Positions 1 to 11,871 of a stretch of DNA of 64,000 nucleotides are shown here, piece after piece. The stretch is from Dipteris shenzhenensis (Eukaryota). The notes beneath the pieces are model-generated. The model worked only from the letters and a program-made list of their open reading frames with translations. It searched no databases and had not been told where the DNA came from. The DNA lies in the NCBI GenBank assembly GCA_047967505.1, contig CM106538.1; one strand, given 5' to 3'. Both the position numbers and the translations under genes were made by a program. Position 1 is the first letter of the stretch; the number at the start of each line of letters is the position of its first letter.

Positions 1-165
1 CCGCTCCGCTCCGCTCACCTCACCGCCCCCTCTCTTTCTCCTCCTATTCCCCCGCCACCCCGTTAGTCCCCACCCACCTTCTTCCCCCCCCCGCTTCCCC
101 ATACCTCTCCCCTTCCTCTTCTTTTCCCTTCACCCACCTCGGGAGTTCGCAGTTAGTCAAGCGAT

Positions 166-1777
166 ATGGCGGCTACGTGCCCGGAACCGGTGGCCCAGAC
201 GGACCCCCCCCCTCCACCAGCCTATCGCGTTACATTGACAGAGCACCAGGTCTCCTTGGTGAAGCAGGCCGCTACGGACTTCTCCCAGACATCAGTTTAT
301 GGGAGGGTCATTAGCTACTCCCCTTCACGAGCAGACATCAGGGACTGGTTGCAGTCCACCCTCTATCTCGAGGACAGTCACATTGAGGAGGTTGCACTCA
401 TGGGACGTGGCATTTTCTGGCTTAAGCTCTCCTCAGCACAGCCTGCGAGCGACATGGTCAGGCGATCCCCTACTTCTATGGGTGGGAAGATCATCCTCAT
501 GGTCCCTTGGTACAGGGGATTCAGTGTAGCGGACTTCGATGCCCGCTTTCGTATTCCTCGACACCCAGTTACCCTTATCTTCCCAGGTCTCGCAACCGAG
601 CTTCGCCCGATCATCAAGGACCTGGGGGCGCACTTTGGTTGGCCTATGCAGGACACCTACGTTGATGCGGCGGCAGCCCAAGGGGTGCCACGTGTCAGAG
701 TGGCAGTCCTTGATCCACAGAGCATCCCCTCGGAGTTCGAGATAGAGACAGACACAGGTGTGGTGACGCAGCGCATTCTGGTCACTGGTCGCCCAAACCA
801 GTGTCTGAGATGCCATGGCTTCGGGCACCAGGCTCGCTCATGTCCTCGCTTCACGGGTACAGACCCTCAGAAGACCCCCGTTCAGGCAGCTCAGGCAGGC
901 CCCAAAAAACCTTCCCAGCCACAGCAAGAGCCCCCTCAGATGATCCCTACTCATCAGCAGCCCGGTAAGGGGAAGGAGAAGGGAAAGGAGAAGGTAAGCC
1001 AGCCTCCCCCTCATCCTTCACCCCGCCCTCCCCCCCCTCCCCCCTCCTCCTCGATTCTCCGACCCCTACCCCCTCCAGGATCCCCCCCCGCACCAGTGGT
1101 TTCCGCGCCACTCTCTTCCTCGAGCATGATCTAGAAGGAATCCCCCCCTCCACCTGCGCCACCTGCAGCCCCGAAGCCAGCACAGACCTCACCCTCGTCT
1201 ATCCCTCCGGGCCCGACGGCGGGGATAGGCCCTTCCCCACAGGTGGCCAGCACCCCTCCCTCCGGTTCAGACTCCTCATCTTCGTTCCCAAGCCCAAGGG
1301 CTGCTCCTAGAGCTCTTCCATTGGAGTTTTACCGAGCAGGTCCTTGGGACTACTTGGATGCAGCGGGTATTGGCTCCTTTCCCGCATGCCTAGACATCAG
1401 CATCTTCTTCCTCCGCAAGGGAGCGGAGGGTAAGGTGTCCATTCTGGCTCCACACGATGGTCCTAGCTATTCCTTCACTATCTCCAGTGAAGGGAATGAG
1501 CAATGGATGAATGAAAATGTTTGGGAGATGATACGAGACCAGACCCAGGAGCAGGTGCAGGACTAGATTGGTAGCAGAGCAGCGGAGCTTCTTCAACAGC
1601 AGTGGCAGGACGGTGATGTTCGTCTGCGTTGGCGCCACAGCGCCAAACGTTTCCGACTCTTGGTCATTATTAGACCACCGCTGGAGTGGGCCTACGTGGA
1701 AGGGCTTTGCCCCTGGAGGACTTGAGAGGTTGCGAGCTTCTACAACATTTCCTTGGCAGAGGCGTCGAGCTAGTTAG
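166..1777 (+). pseudogene. LINE ORF1 (DUF4283/RRM-like, zinc knuckle, Pro-rich linker, C-terminal domain), broken by stops/frameshifts
   Basis: CLRCHGFGHQARSC knuckle and 'LMGRGIFWLKLSS...ILMVPW' pattern typical of plant L1 ORF1; reading continues in ORFs 1243-1566 and 1568-1777. Confidence 0.8.
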
Positions 1778-1964
1778 AGAGAGCTTACCACCACGGGACG
1801 AAGGGTCTTTCCCCTCTGCTGAAGGTTTTAGAGGATGGGTCCGATGATCCGACCTCTCCTTCGAAACCTTCACAGAAGCGCCTTCGTCTCCACACAGGAC
1901 ATCCTCCGACCACTTCGACTTCGACCGCAAGCAGACAGCTGTTTGTGGCCCACCTTCCCTCCTC

Positions 1965-4900
1965 ATGAGTTTACGCATTATCTCTTGGAACGTTAACGGG
2001 TTCCACTCATCAGGCACCCGTGGCCCGAGGAAGATGGTGCTCAGACAGGAGCTCCAGCCAGCTTTGGTGGAAAGGTAGATGTGCTCCTACTACAGGAACA
2101 CAAGCTTTCGGTTTCACAGACCAGTATTTGTGGGAAGGTTCTCACAGGACGCTCCCACACCTACTGGGAACCTTCGATTGGCGAGCAGGGGAGAAGCGGA
2201 GGTGTCTGTACCTCCATCGACGCTTCTCTAGTTCAGCATGTGTTTGGTTTTGGCACTTTGATCCCAGGACGTGCGCTTTGGGTGGGCTTGCATATTGAGG
2301 GATCCCGCATCGGCATCCTCAATATCTACGCCCCGACTGATCTCAGACGTAGATCCGTTTTTTGGAGATCCTTGACAGACCTGTTGCCAGAGATGGACTC
2401 TTGGATTGTAGGAGGGGACTTCAACAACCTTGAGACCTTTGAGGATCAGCAGGGAAGGGGCCCAGAGTTCCTCGGTATAGCTCAGGCAGAGCAGGCAAAT
2501 TGGGACTCCTTCCTCTTTTCAGTGGGAGGTCGGGACAATTGGAGGGTGCCTTCCTTTCGCAGATGGCCTGGGAGTCTGGACTTCTCTTGGGGTTACAGGA
2601 GGGAGGGAGGCAGACTCCTGGAGCGGCTGGACCGTTTCTATGTCAGTGATTGGGCGCTTGGCAGAGGAGGAGAGTCAGGAGTGGTTCCAGGGAAGACACT
2701 TTCAGACCATGCCCCAGTCATCCTAGTCCTGGACTCGGCCTCTCAGTCCTCACCTCCACGTTCATGCTGGATCCCAGATTCCATCTACATCAGAGCAGCG
2801 GTTCACAGCAGGATAGTGGACCTTTGGGAGCAGGAGTGGGACCCTACCAGGGATATGGCAGCATAGGTAGCTCAGGCACTTGCTGAGTCTAGCCGCATTT
2901 GCCAGCAAGAGGCGATTCAGGTCAGACAGCGGTGTTGGGCGCGGGAGAGGGATCTCAGACGTGATCTCGCCTCGATTCAGAGGATGCAGCAGTCTTCTCC
3001 AGGCTCTGAGGAGCTCAGACAGCAAGAGGTTCGGGCCCGAGCCATGCTAGAGGAGATCACCCAGCGTCACTCAGAGTTTTCATTTCATGCTTCCAAGTCC
3101 TTCTGGGCTAGGAAAGGCGACAAGATGTGCAGAGAGTTCTTCAAGACTCATGGATAGAGGTCAGCAGGGGAACAGCTCCGTTCTCTTAGGGCACAGGATG
3201 GTAGTGTCAGGACAGATCCAGATGAGGTCCGGGACTTGGCGACATACTTCTACAGATCATTATTCTAGCAGGAGCCCCGAGACCCTCGTGGCCGCATTTG
3301 CAGGGAGGAGGTGTGGAGATCTACACCGAGACTCGTGCAGCCCAGCATGAGCGACACCCTTCTCGCACCTTTCACTGTTGCGGAGATGCAGGATGCGGTG
3401 AGTGCTATTGATGGGCAGAAATGCCCAGGTGAGGATGGCCTCTCTAGAGCTTTCTTCACCACCTTTTGGGAGCAGATCCACCGGCCCTTGCTCGCAGCCT
3501 TCCAGCACATCTTCTTCAGTGGGCAGATGCCAGAGAGCCTTGCGACAGGCCTGATTTGCCTCATCCCCAAAGGGGGGGACCGCCAGGAGATCAGACAGTG
3601 GCGCCCAATCACCCTCCTCCCGACCGCCTACAAAATCCTCGCCAAGATGATCAGCAGTCGCATCCGCCCCCTGCTACACGACTTGATTCATGACACCTTC
3701 TTGTCACTGCTTGGTATGTGGCCTCTTGCTGGTGTTTCTCGAGGTCTTGTGTAGCCCAGCTGAGGAGATTGGTGCGGAACTTCCTATGGTCTGGTTCAGA
3801 CGGTTCCGGAGCTAGGGTCGCTTGGCAGACGGTCATTCTCCAGGCAGAGGGCGGCCTCGGCATCATAGATCCAAAGCTGCAGAGTCAGGCACTTCTTGGC
3901 AAGCTAGTCATCCGCGGTTTGACCCCAGGAGGACAGACGTGGAAGCTCTTGCTACAGCATGGTCTCAGTGGGTGTACTCCCCAGAGAGGGGGTGTTTGGC
4001 AGCCTTCTATCCGATGGATCTTCACTTCAGCTCCTTTGACTCAGCCCCGTTCCCCCTTCCTCTGTAGCCTCATTTCGGTCTGGAGGAAGTTGCGACACAG
4101 CCTTTCCCAGGTTCCCCCTAGCTGTCGAGAGGAGACAGACAGACAGCCTTTGATCTGGAGCAGCCAGGTGACAGATGATACAGGTCGTCAGCTTGGAGAG
4201 AGATCCCATATCCCTTGGGCGCTCTGGGCGCGTGGGCCCGCGCGCTCGTTCCGGGTTTGGAGAGATGCCTACAGTCACATGAGCCCAGGCGAGCTGGCAG
4301 CAGCAGTAGGTACGGCACGTGGGATCCAGGCTCGGCGAGCGGAGATTGATGCTGCCATCCCTGCAGGTTGGAGGATTCCCGTAGGCACCGGACAGCTCTT
4401 CCCGGGAGATGAGAGGTGGCTAGGACAGTTCACTCCACGAGGCATTCCTTTGGTGGTGGCAGGCCTCTTCTCGGACTCTTCGATACACTTCTTCTCCATC
4501 ACTGATGACAGTCGCCTACAGAGCAGAGAGGCTGTGATCGACCCCCAGCTTCCCTGGCAGCACCTTCGCATTGTAGGGCTGCAAGGGAAGACGTGGCATA
4601 TAGATCCCCTGATTTATGCAGGACCAGGATTGGAGACTCTGGATATGGGAGGGCCGCTCCTTGTCAGAGGTGGAGTGGGACCCAGGGGAGTGGCGTTGGC
4701 CACCATCGGAGACCTCAGAGAACCCTACCCCCTTCTTTTCTTACAGTGCACGCACGGGTCGGCGTGCTCTTGGGGCTCTCCAGCGTGGGCTACCCACACA
4801 GGCACATAGGTGGTATGCCTAGGGGATATCCTTGGTCTTTCTTCGCACTTTCTGGAAGACTCTTTGGGCTAGTTGGCGTCTGAGGAAGATCTCTTACTTC

Positions 4901-5643
4901 CTTTGGATGGTGGCACACAAGGGGCTTCCAGTAGGCAGCTGGCTGAGACAGATGGGGCAGGAGGGGCATTGCCAGATCCGTTTTCAGGAGGAGGAGTCCC
5001 TGAAGCATTGCCTTGGAGCTGCTCGCATGCGCAGACGGTTTGGAAGGGAATCATGGGGATCTTAGCTAGGGCTACACCCGAGCTAGGACCGATCACTTCG
5101 GGAGCCGTTTATTGGTGCAGCACTGAGCCGGGACATCACTTGGCCTATGAGTTCTCTAGACAGGATCCGGTCTTTTTCATCACGCAGGCCACTTGGGCAT
5201 ACATGGACAGCTTCCCATGGCATCTGACAGAGACAGATGCAGGAGCGATGCCTCGGCACCTAGTTTGGGAGATCATAGGGAGCATCGCAGGCTGCCTATT
5301 GTGGTCATACAACAACTGTGCTTTTATTCAAGGGCGTATTTATCCTCACCAACAAGCTTATTTCAGCTTTATCTGGACTTCCAGATGCGTGCAGACTGTA
5401 GGGGCTCAGACTACTTCTACTACCCAGACCCTAGCAGATATCTGGAGCACGATCATTCACATGCTCAAGGGTCAGTGGGATCAGATTCAGGGAGAGTCCC
5501 GGGCAGGGAAGGAAAAGAGACGACGTTTCCTTCGCGACTGGGACCACCGGGAGTTATTCTTCCAGCACTCCACTCAGAGTCTTCAGTGGCATTACGCTCC
5601 TTCACCGTGGCTGTTTGTCCACTCTCCGATGATTATGCCCTAA
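1965..5643 (+). pseudogene. LINE ORF2 (APE endonuclease, truncated RT, zf-RVT)
   Basis: ATG 1965 MSLRIISWNVNG; LLLQEH, NIYAP, GGDFN, RLDRFY, SDHAP (APE); KCPGEDG, WRPITLL (RT N-term); KISYFLWMVAHKGLPVG...EESLKHC (zf-RVT). Multiple stops and frameshifts. Confidence 0.9.
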
Positions 5644-7849
5644 GAGGCTTGTATTTAGCATTTTGACTTCTCGGGCTGAATCCGTTTTGTGATTACAGCC
5701 CGCTGGCCTTTAGGCCTTCTTGTACTCTCGCTTTCAAGTAATATAACTAGCACTACTTTTTGCGCAAAAAAAAAGAAGCCAATGCCCTTACCAGAAGACT
5801 ACGCTAAACCTTTGAAAGTGCTGACTTTTTTGGGGTTTTTTTTTTGAATTTTTGATTAATTTTAACAATTGTGTCTCTTGAGCATTTGGTCTTTCCTCGG
5901 GAATGATTGAAGCAACCTGTCGATGAAATTTTTAGCTCATTACACAAGATGCTGACTTTACGTTTACAAACTCGCATGGCTCCAGGCAAGTTTCTGGGGT
6001 CACCTTCCTAAAGGTGATGGACAAGTGCAAGGTATGTGAGTATAGCAAAGGAAACAAAAGAAGAAAGAAGAAGAAGAGAGAGAGAGAGAAAGGGAGAGAA
6101 AATGATGGCCAAATTTTTGAAATTGCTATAATCGGTTTTAGCTTCTTACAAAAATCCCCATCGCTAAGGCCTATCCCAGGGGCAGGCCAACAAATGCTAT
6201 TGTGTTTTTAGAGGATGAGTTTGGGCATGTTCCTGGATTCATCTAGATATATAAATATATGAGTCATATTAAGAAGGTTTCAAGAATATAGAAATCTCTT
6301 TGCTTGAAACTTGGGTCATCAATGGCAATTCACAACATGAATACCACTCACAAGGAAAAGCCTTTATTTTCTGAAAATGTATGCGGGCTGTCTTGCAAAT
6401 GATCTTCCAAATGAATATGTTAAAGGACTTGAGGACCACAAGATTGGAGTAGCACTTAAACGGTTATGCCCTAAATGATCCTCCAAATAAGGTAACCAAA
6501 TCTTAACAAGCTGTGATATTCAAGCCAGTGCAAGGATTTCTTCAGAAAGACCTTGTGCACTCAGTAGCTCACTGTTGTGTTCATTGTCTTCTTGGTTCAA
6601 AAGAAGTGCAGCCATTTGAGAAAATGTGCAATTGGGGCTTTATGGGGCCAGGGTTGTCTGACTCAGTTCCCTTATGCTGCCCTTAGTTGGCCACTTTTAG
6701 GCACCTATTTGGAGCCCCTTGAGGGCTACATACAGTGGACTTGAAGTCCATACTCTTATGGCCTGGTGCTTCCATTTGTAAATATTATTTGTTAAGGTAT
6801 GCACTTCATATTCCATTATGACTTCATTCTAGACATGATTCTTTTCAAACGAGGCCTCTCGTATTGGGGATTTTCTTGGGCAACTCTTTTTTTCAACATG
6901 GCGCAGTGCTTGGTGGATAATAGTTTGTGCTAAACATTTAAGGGATAGTAACTTGTTTCTTCGCAAGATTGTATCTAGGACGGCTTTCAAGGCTTGTGAA
7001 CTGTTGTAAATCAATGCTAAATGAGAAAGAGTAAAGTGATCAAAGTTGGGAGCTCAAAGAGTGTTGCTCCTGTGAGACAGATTATCTGCCCTTGAAGGAC
7101 AAAGGGTAACAGTCACATGGTACTATTAAAATATTGGAGTTGAAAGAGGTGGTTTAAGTCCTCCAGGGAGAACTTGTACAAGGGTCACGAGAACAATAAA
7201 GAACAAAGTGAAGTATCTTAATAGGCGCCATGTTGAGAATAGAGAGTATCTTACATTTTTTCAGTTAACAAACAAGACTTAAAGCCTGGCATGTCACATC
7301 AATCTGTGTTCATTTCTGTGGAAAGCGAGGTCTGAGGGCCTTGCTCAGCATAAGTTACATCTCTTCCTACATTTTGTCCTGATAATGTGACAGTTTTTTT
7401 GATGTTTCTTCTTGGGTAATTGTATTTCATAATTAATGAGGAAAAATTATGTTCCAATGTGTTCAGTAGAGGTGTAAGTCTCAAACTTTTACCCTGAATT
7501 GCTTCTAACCGGTCAATGATAAAGAATGCCCTCAACATTTTTATTATGGTTTCTGTCAATTTGTACACTCATTAGCTCATCTGTCCCAATGGTTTTGGAT
7601 GCAGATCCCTTTACAGACAATGGAAGCCCACAAAGATAAGGTATGGTCTGTGCACTTCTTCACAATATTGATGTCCCCTTGTACTTGAAAGGAATAGCTT
7701 ATCATTCCTTGTACTTGAAAGGAATAGCTTATCATTCCCATCATCACATTAGATTCAGGCAGAATGATCGCTATGTGCTTCCTTAGCTCGTATGACTGCA
7801 AGGCCCACCCTTTTCGCTTGCTTCCTGAGCTCGTATGACTGCAAGGCCC

Positions 7850-8164
7850 TGTAATGAGGGGGAAAAAGAGGCCAAGTTAGAGGCCCTTTAGGGGGAAAAT
7901 GTGGAGGGACTATATAAGTCTCCATCCACCCCCTACTATGGACTTTTTGGATGTGACATCTAATCCTATCTACTCTCCCTTCCTCCTTCCTGCCTACGCT
8001 CACTCACTCTCTCTCTCTTCCCTACTCCCTCTCAATCTCTCCCTCTCTTCCTACCTCATTCCCTCTCTCCTACCCTTCCTCTCCCTCTTCCCCTCTCTCT
8101 CTCTCTCTCCCTTCTGCTCCTCTATTCCCCCTTCTCCAAATCTGTCCCTACCCCCTTCTCTACA
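7850..8164 (+). repeat. 5' LTR of gypsy element
   Basis: TGTAAT...CTACA, near-identical to 11553-11871 apart from mostly CT-microsatellite differences; contains TATATAA. Confidence 0.95.
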
Positions 8165-8165
8165 T

Positions 8166-8177
8166 TGGTATCAGAGC
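8166..8177 (+). promoter_or_regulatory. Primer binding site, tRNA-iMet
   Basis: TGGTATCAGAGC immediately after the LTR end. Confidence 0.9.
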
Positions 8178-8235
8178 TCCTTGCCTACATTCGAGCTCTC
8201 TCTCCAAGGCCAGTCACCATGGCACGTGGCGATAC

Positions 8236-11200
8236 ATGAGGGATTCGCCTCATAAACCAACCACTTGGAGGGGTTTCAAAGAATTGATGGTCACTACATT
8301 TGTATCTCCACTTGTATTGGATCAATACTTGGCTGAATTTTATGCCTTGACACAGACCGGTACGATCCAAGAGTACTTGCAACGTTTTTGGAGGCTTTCC
8401 CTGTTTGTGCAAGATGTATCTGAAAAGGGAAACTTGCTGCGTTTCATCCATGGGTTAAGTTCTTCTCTCGTTGCAGAAGTATTCAAGCCTAAATATGCTG
8501 GCAAGCACAGAAATGCCATGGGCAGCTTGTATGCTATGGGGTATGACACTGAGTCGAAGCCTAAGTTTGCTGATTGGACTGACAAGAAATCTGCAGCAGC
8601 GCCATTTCCACACTTTCCTACTGTCTCGGGTAGTAAGATGATGTATGCCAGGCCTTACAAGTATCCTGATGCCAAGCCTGGAGGCAAGCCTACTACTGGA
8701 AATGAGCAGGCTGAGATAAAACAGCATACACGGGCAATAATGGACAGTAGAAAGAAGGCCAACTTATGTTTTAAATGTGGCGAGAAATGGACTTCTGAGG
8801 ACAGGAATGTGTGCAAGATGCGCAACAGTGGTACTGCCAAGCTCAGCATGATCATTGACCTCTCAGATGACGAGGAATTGTTTGATGCCCCAGGTTCTTT
8901 GGATACGTCTCAAGATGAGACTCCTGACACTGGAGCCACGAAGGGCACCGACTTTCCTTTTGATCCTGGTGGTGCTACTGCGCATGACACTCATGCTTCA
9001 CATTCGTATGAGATTCTACCCACTGGTGGCATGAGAGGCCGTAGGCCAACACTCTTTTCTGTGGAGCATCAGGATGCGGTACCTTTTTATGCACGTGAAG
9101 ATCCAGGTGGTAATGCTCCCGTGAATGAGGATGAGGTTTATTGGGATGCCCAGCCAACACTTTATACTATTTCCATGCATGCCTTGATGGGTGCCAAAAG
9201 TGCTGATACTATCAGATTAGTAGGGATGATTAATGGCAGGATTGTGCATGTGTTGGTGGACAGCGGTAGCACCCACAGTTTTGTTAACTGCAAGACCTTA
9301 CAGAGGGTTGGACTGATTGCTATTGAGATAGACCATGGGCTGAGAGTAGAAGTGGCCAATGGACAGCATATGATCAGTAGATCTTGTTGCCAAGATGGAA
9401 GGATTAAGTTCTCTGATGACTATACTTTTGCAAGTGATCTCTTGGCAATTGACATGGGCCCAATAGATTTCCTGGGCTGTGATTGGTTGCAATCACTGGG
9501 CAAAATCAGCATGGATTTCAATGCCTTAACACTCAGCTTTGTCCACAAGGATGGATCAGTTACAGTGCAGTATTACAGCTCCTAAATTGCAGGCCATTTC
9601 AGCAAGACAGTTGGCCAGAGAGCTCAAGAGGGGCAGCGCCATATATGCATTAAATGTGTCAGTAACTAAAGAGGGTGACACTCCCCGTGTTGATGATTGT
9701 GATATGCAGAGATTGCTCTCAGAGTTTGCAGATGTGTTTGCTGATTTGCCATCACAGTTGCCTCCGAGAAGAGATGTAGATCATGCCATAGTCTTGGAAC
9801 CTGGCAATAAGCCAATCAATAAGGCCCCATACCGACTCTCTAAGGTAGAACGGGAAGAAGTGGCAACTCAAGTGAGGGACTTACTTTAGAAGAGTTTCAT
9901 CACTTAGCACTTCTCCTTTTGCATCCCCTGTACTCCTGGTGAAAAAGAAGGATGGTTCTTACCGTATGTGTATTGACTACAGAGACTTGAATAAGGTCAC
10001 CATCAAGAACAGGTTTCCAATCCCTAGGATAGATGACCTGTTGGATGAACTCAAGGGTGCTTAGTTTTTCACTAAGATTGATTTGAGGTCCGGCTGTCAT
10101 CAGATTAGAATGAAAGCTGGGGATGAGCACAAGACAGCCTTTCGCATAGAGAAGGGACTGTATGAGTTCAAGGTGATGCCTTTTGGATTGACCAAAAGAG
10201 CAAGGATGGCATTCGAGTGGATCCTGCAAAGGTGAAATGCATTGTTGATTGGCCGCAGCCATGCAACCCTACTCAGTTGAGGGGATTTCTAGGTCTTGCT
10301 TCCTTCTACAGGCGCTTTATTCGCAAGTTTGCCAAGCGGGCAGCCCCTCTGACAGACCTTTTGAAGAAGGATGCTTTTATGTGGTCTACAAATGCACAGT
10401 GCAGCTTTGAAAACCTGAAATTCACCCTCACTCATGCTCCTGTGTTGGTATGCCTTGATTTTTCATGTACTTTCATTGTGGAGGCAGATGCCAGTGGCAG
10501 AGGATTAGGGGCTGTGCTAAGATAGGAACATGGGGTAATTGCTTTTGAAAGCAGGAAATTGGATGCCAAGGAACTAGATTATCATGTGTATGATCAGGAA
10601 ATGTTGGCTATCCTCCATGCTTTCGAAAAATGGCACCACTACCTGTACGGTAGCAAAATCAAGGTTAAGACAGATCATAGGACACTCAGGTATTTCCTTA
10701 CGCAGCCCAACTTGTCAATGAAGCAGAAGAGGTGGCTGGCTAAGGTTTAGTCTTATGATTTTGATATCGAGTACAGGAAGGGGAAAGAAAACGTGGTTAC
10801 AGATGCCTTATCCGGTATGTGGGCTTGCAGTTTGTCTGCCATTTCTACCATCTACCAGGAGTGGATTCATGGTATTCAGGAAGAATACATGCAGGATTCT
10901 AAGGCAGCTTCCATATTTATGGAGTTACAGAGGCCATCGAGCTAGGGGCATGCTGAATTTAAGCTGCATAATGGGCTGTTGTGGTGCAAGGACAGAATTT
11001 ACTTGGTGCCAGATTCAAAGTACCGACTGCTGGTCTTATAGGAAATGCACTCATCTCCTATGGCAGGACATGCGGTATTACTAAGACATATGGAAAAGTT
11101 AAACAGAGCTTTATCTGGGATGGCTTGTGGCGGGATGTAGTTAAATTTGTCAGTGAATGTTTACCCTGCCAGCAAAATAAAGTGGACAGCCGGTCACCCG

Positions 11201-11481
11201 CGGGTCTTTTGCAGCCATTACCTATTCATAATGTTTTCCATGTGTCCTTGCTGAAGCCACATGTCGGACAGCATGTCCAAGTCCTTCCTGAGCTACCACC
11301 TATGGATGAGGAGGGCCACATACTCTATGTTCCGGAGCGAATCATGGGTTTTAGGGATCACGTACTCCGAAACAAAGTCTACACCAAGTATCTTATCAAG
11401 TGGCAAGGACTCCCTGAGGATGAGAACTCATGGCAGCTAGAGAGCATTGTCCAGGACAACCCCTATCTCCTACCGGGCTGA
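8236..11481 (+). pseudogene. gypsy gag-pol with deleted RT and integrase cores
   Basis: CFKCGEKW knuckle, VLVDSGSTHSF protease, [10 protein letters not shown] and FKVMPFGLT (RT), EADASGRG and YDQEMLAI (RNase H), CLPCQQNK (IN zinc region), YLIKWQGLPEDENSW chromodomain; stops present. Confidence 0.9.
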
Positions 11482-11552
11482 TTATTATTTGCTGTTTGCT
11501 GCACCTATTTAACAGCCCACATATAGGGCAAAATTCTATGGGAAGGGATGGC

Positions 11553-11871
11553 TGTAATGAAGGGGAAAAAGAGGCCAAGTTAGAGGCCCTTTAGGGGGAA
11601 AATGTGGAGGGACTATATAAGTCTCCATCCACCCCCTACTATGGACTTTTTGGATGTGACATCTAATCCTATCTACTCTCCCTTCCTCCTTCCTGCCTAC
11701 GCTCACTCACACACACTCTCTCTTCCCTACTCCCTCTCAATCTCTCCCTCTTCCTACCTCATTCCCTCTCTCCTACCCTTCCTCTCCCTCTTCCCCTCTC
11801 TCTCTCTCTCTCTCTCCCTTCTGCTCCTCTATTCCCCCTTCTCCAAATCTGTCCCTACCCCCTTCTCTACA
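11553..11871 (+). repeat. 3' LTR of gypsy element
   Basis: Direct repeat of 7850-8164, preceded by PPT and followed by TSD GGCCC. Confidence 0.95.

Larger units (their letters stand above)
1..5775 (+). mobile_element. L1-clade LINE, near full length, internally deleted and decayed
   Basis: CT-rich 5' region, ORF1 with CCHC knuckle, ORF2 with APE endonuclease, partial RT and zf-RVT-like region, short A tail at ~5766. The 5' end may lie outside the window; no TSD can be checked. Confidence 0.9.
7850..11871 (+). mobile_element. Ty3/gypsy chromovirus (Reina-like) LTR retrotransposon, defective
   Basis: TG...CA LTRs 7850-8164 and 11553-11871, 5-bp TSD GGCCC on both sides, PBS TGGTATCAGAGC, PPT GGAAGGGATGGC, domain order gag-PR-RT-RH-IN-chromodomain. 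Confidence 0.95.

Noticed and set aside
5292-5365. AT-richer in-frame stretch within the LINE C-terminus, possible small insertion
   Set aside because: No TSD or termini seen; cannot be judged without the family consensus.
5800-7750. Possible exon remnants of a host gene (also 12050-12620)
   Set aside because: No recognisable protein motif or consistent exon chain.
7899-8255. ORFs in gypsy LTRs (also 11602-12129) and in CT/GA tracts at 22067, 28092, 30824 and 46309
   Set aside because: Low-complexity translations of microsatellite-rich DNA.
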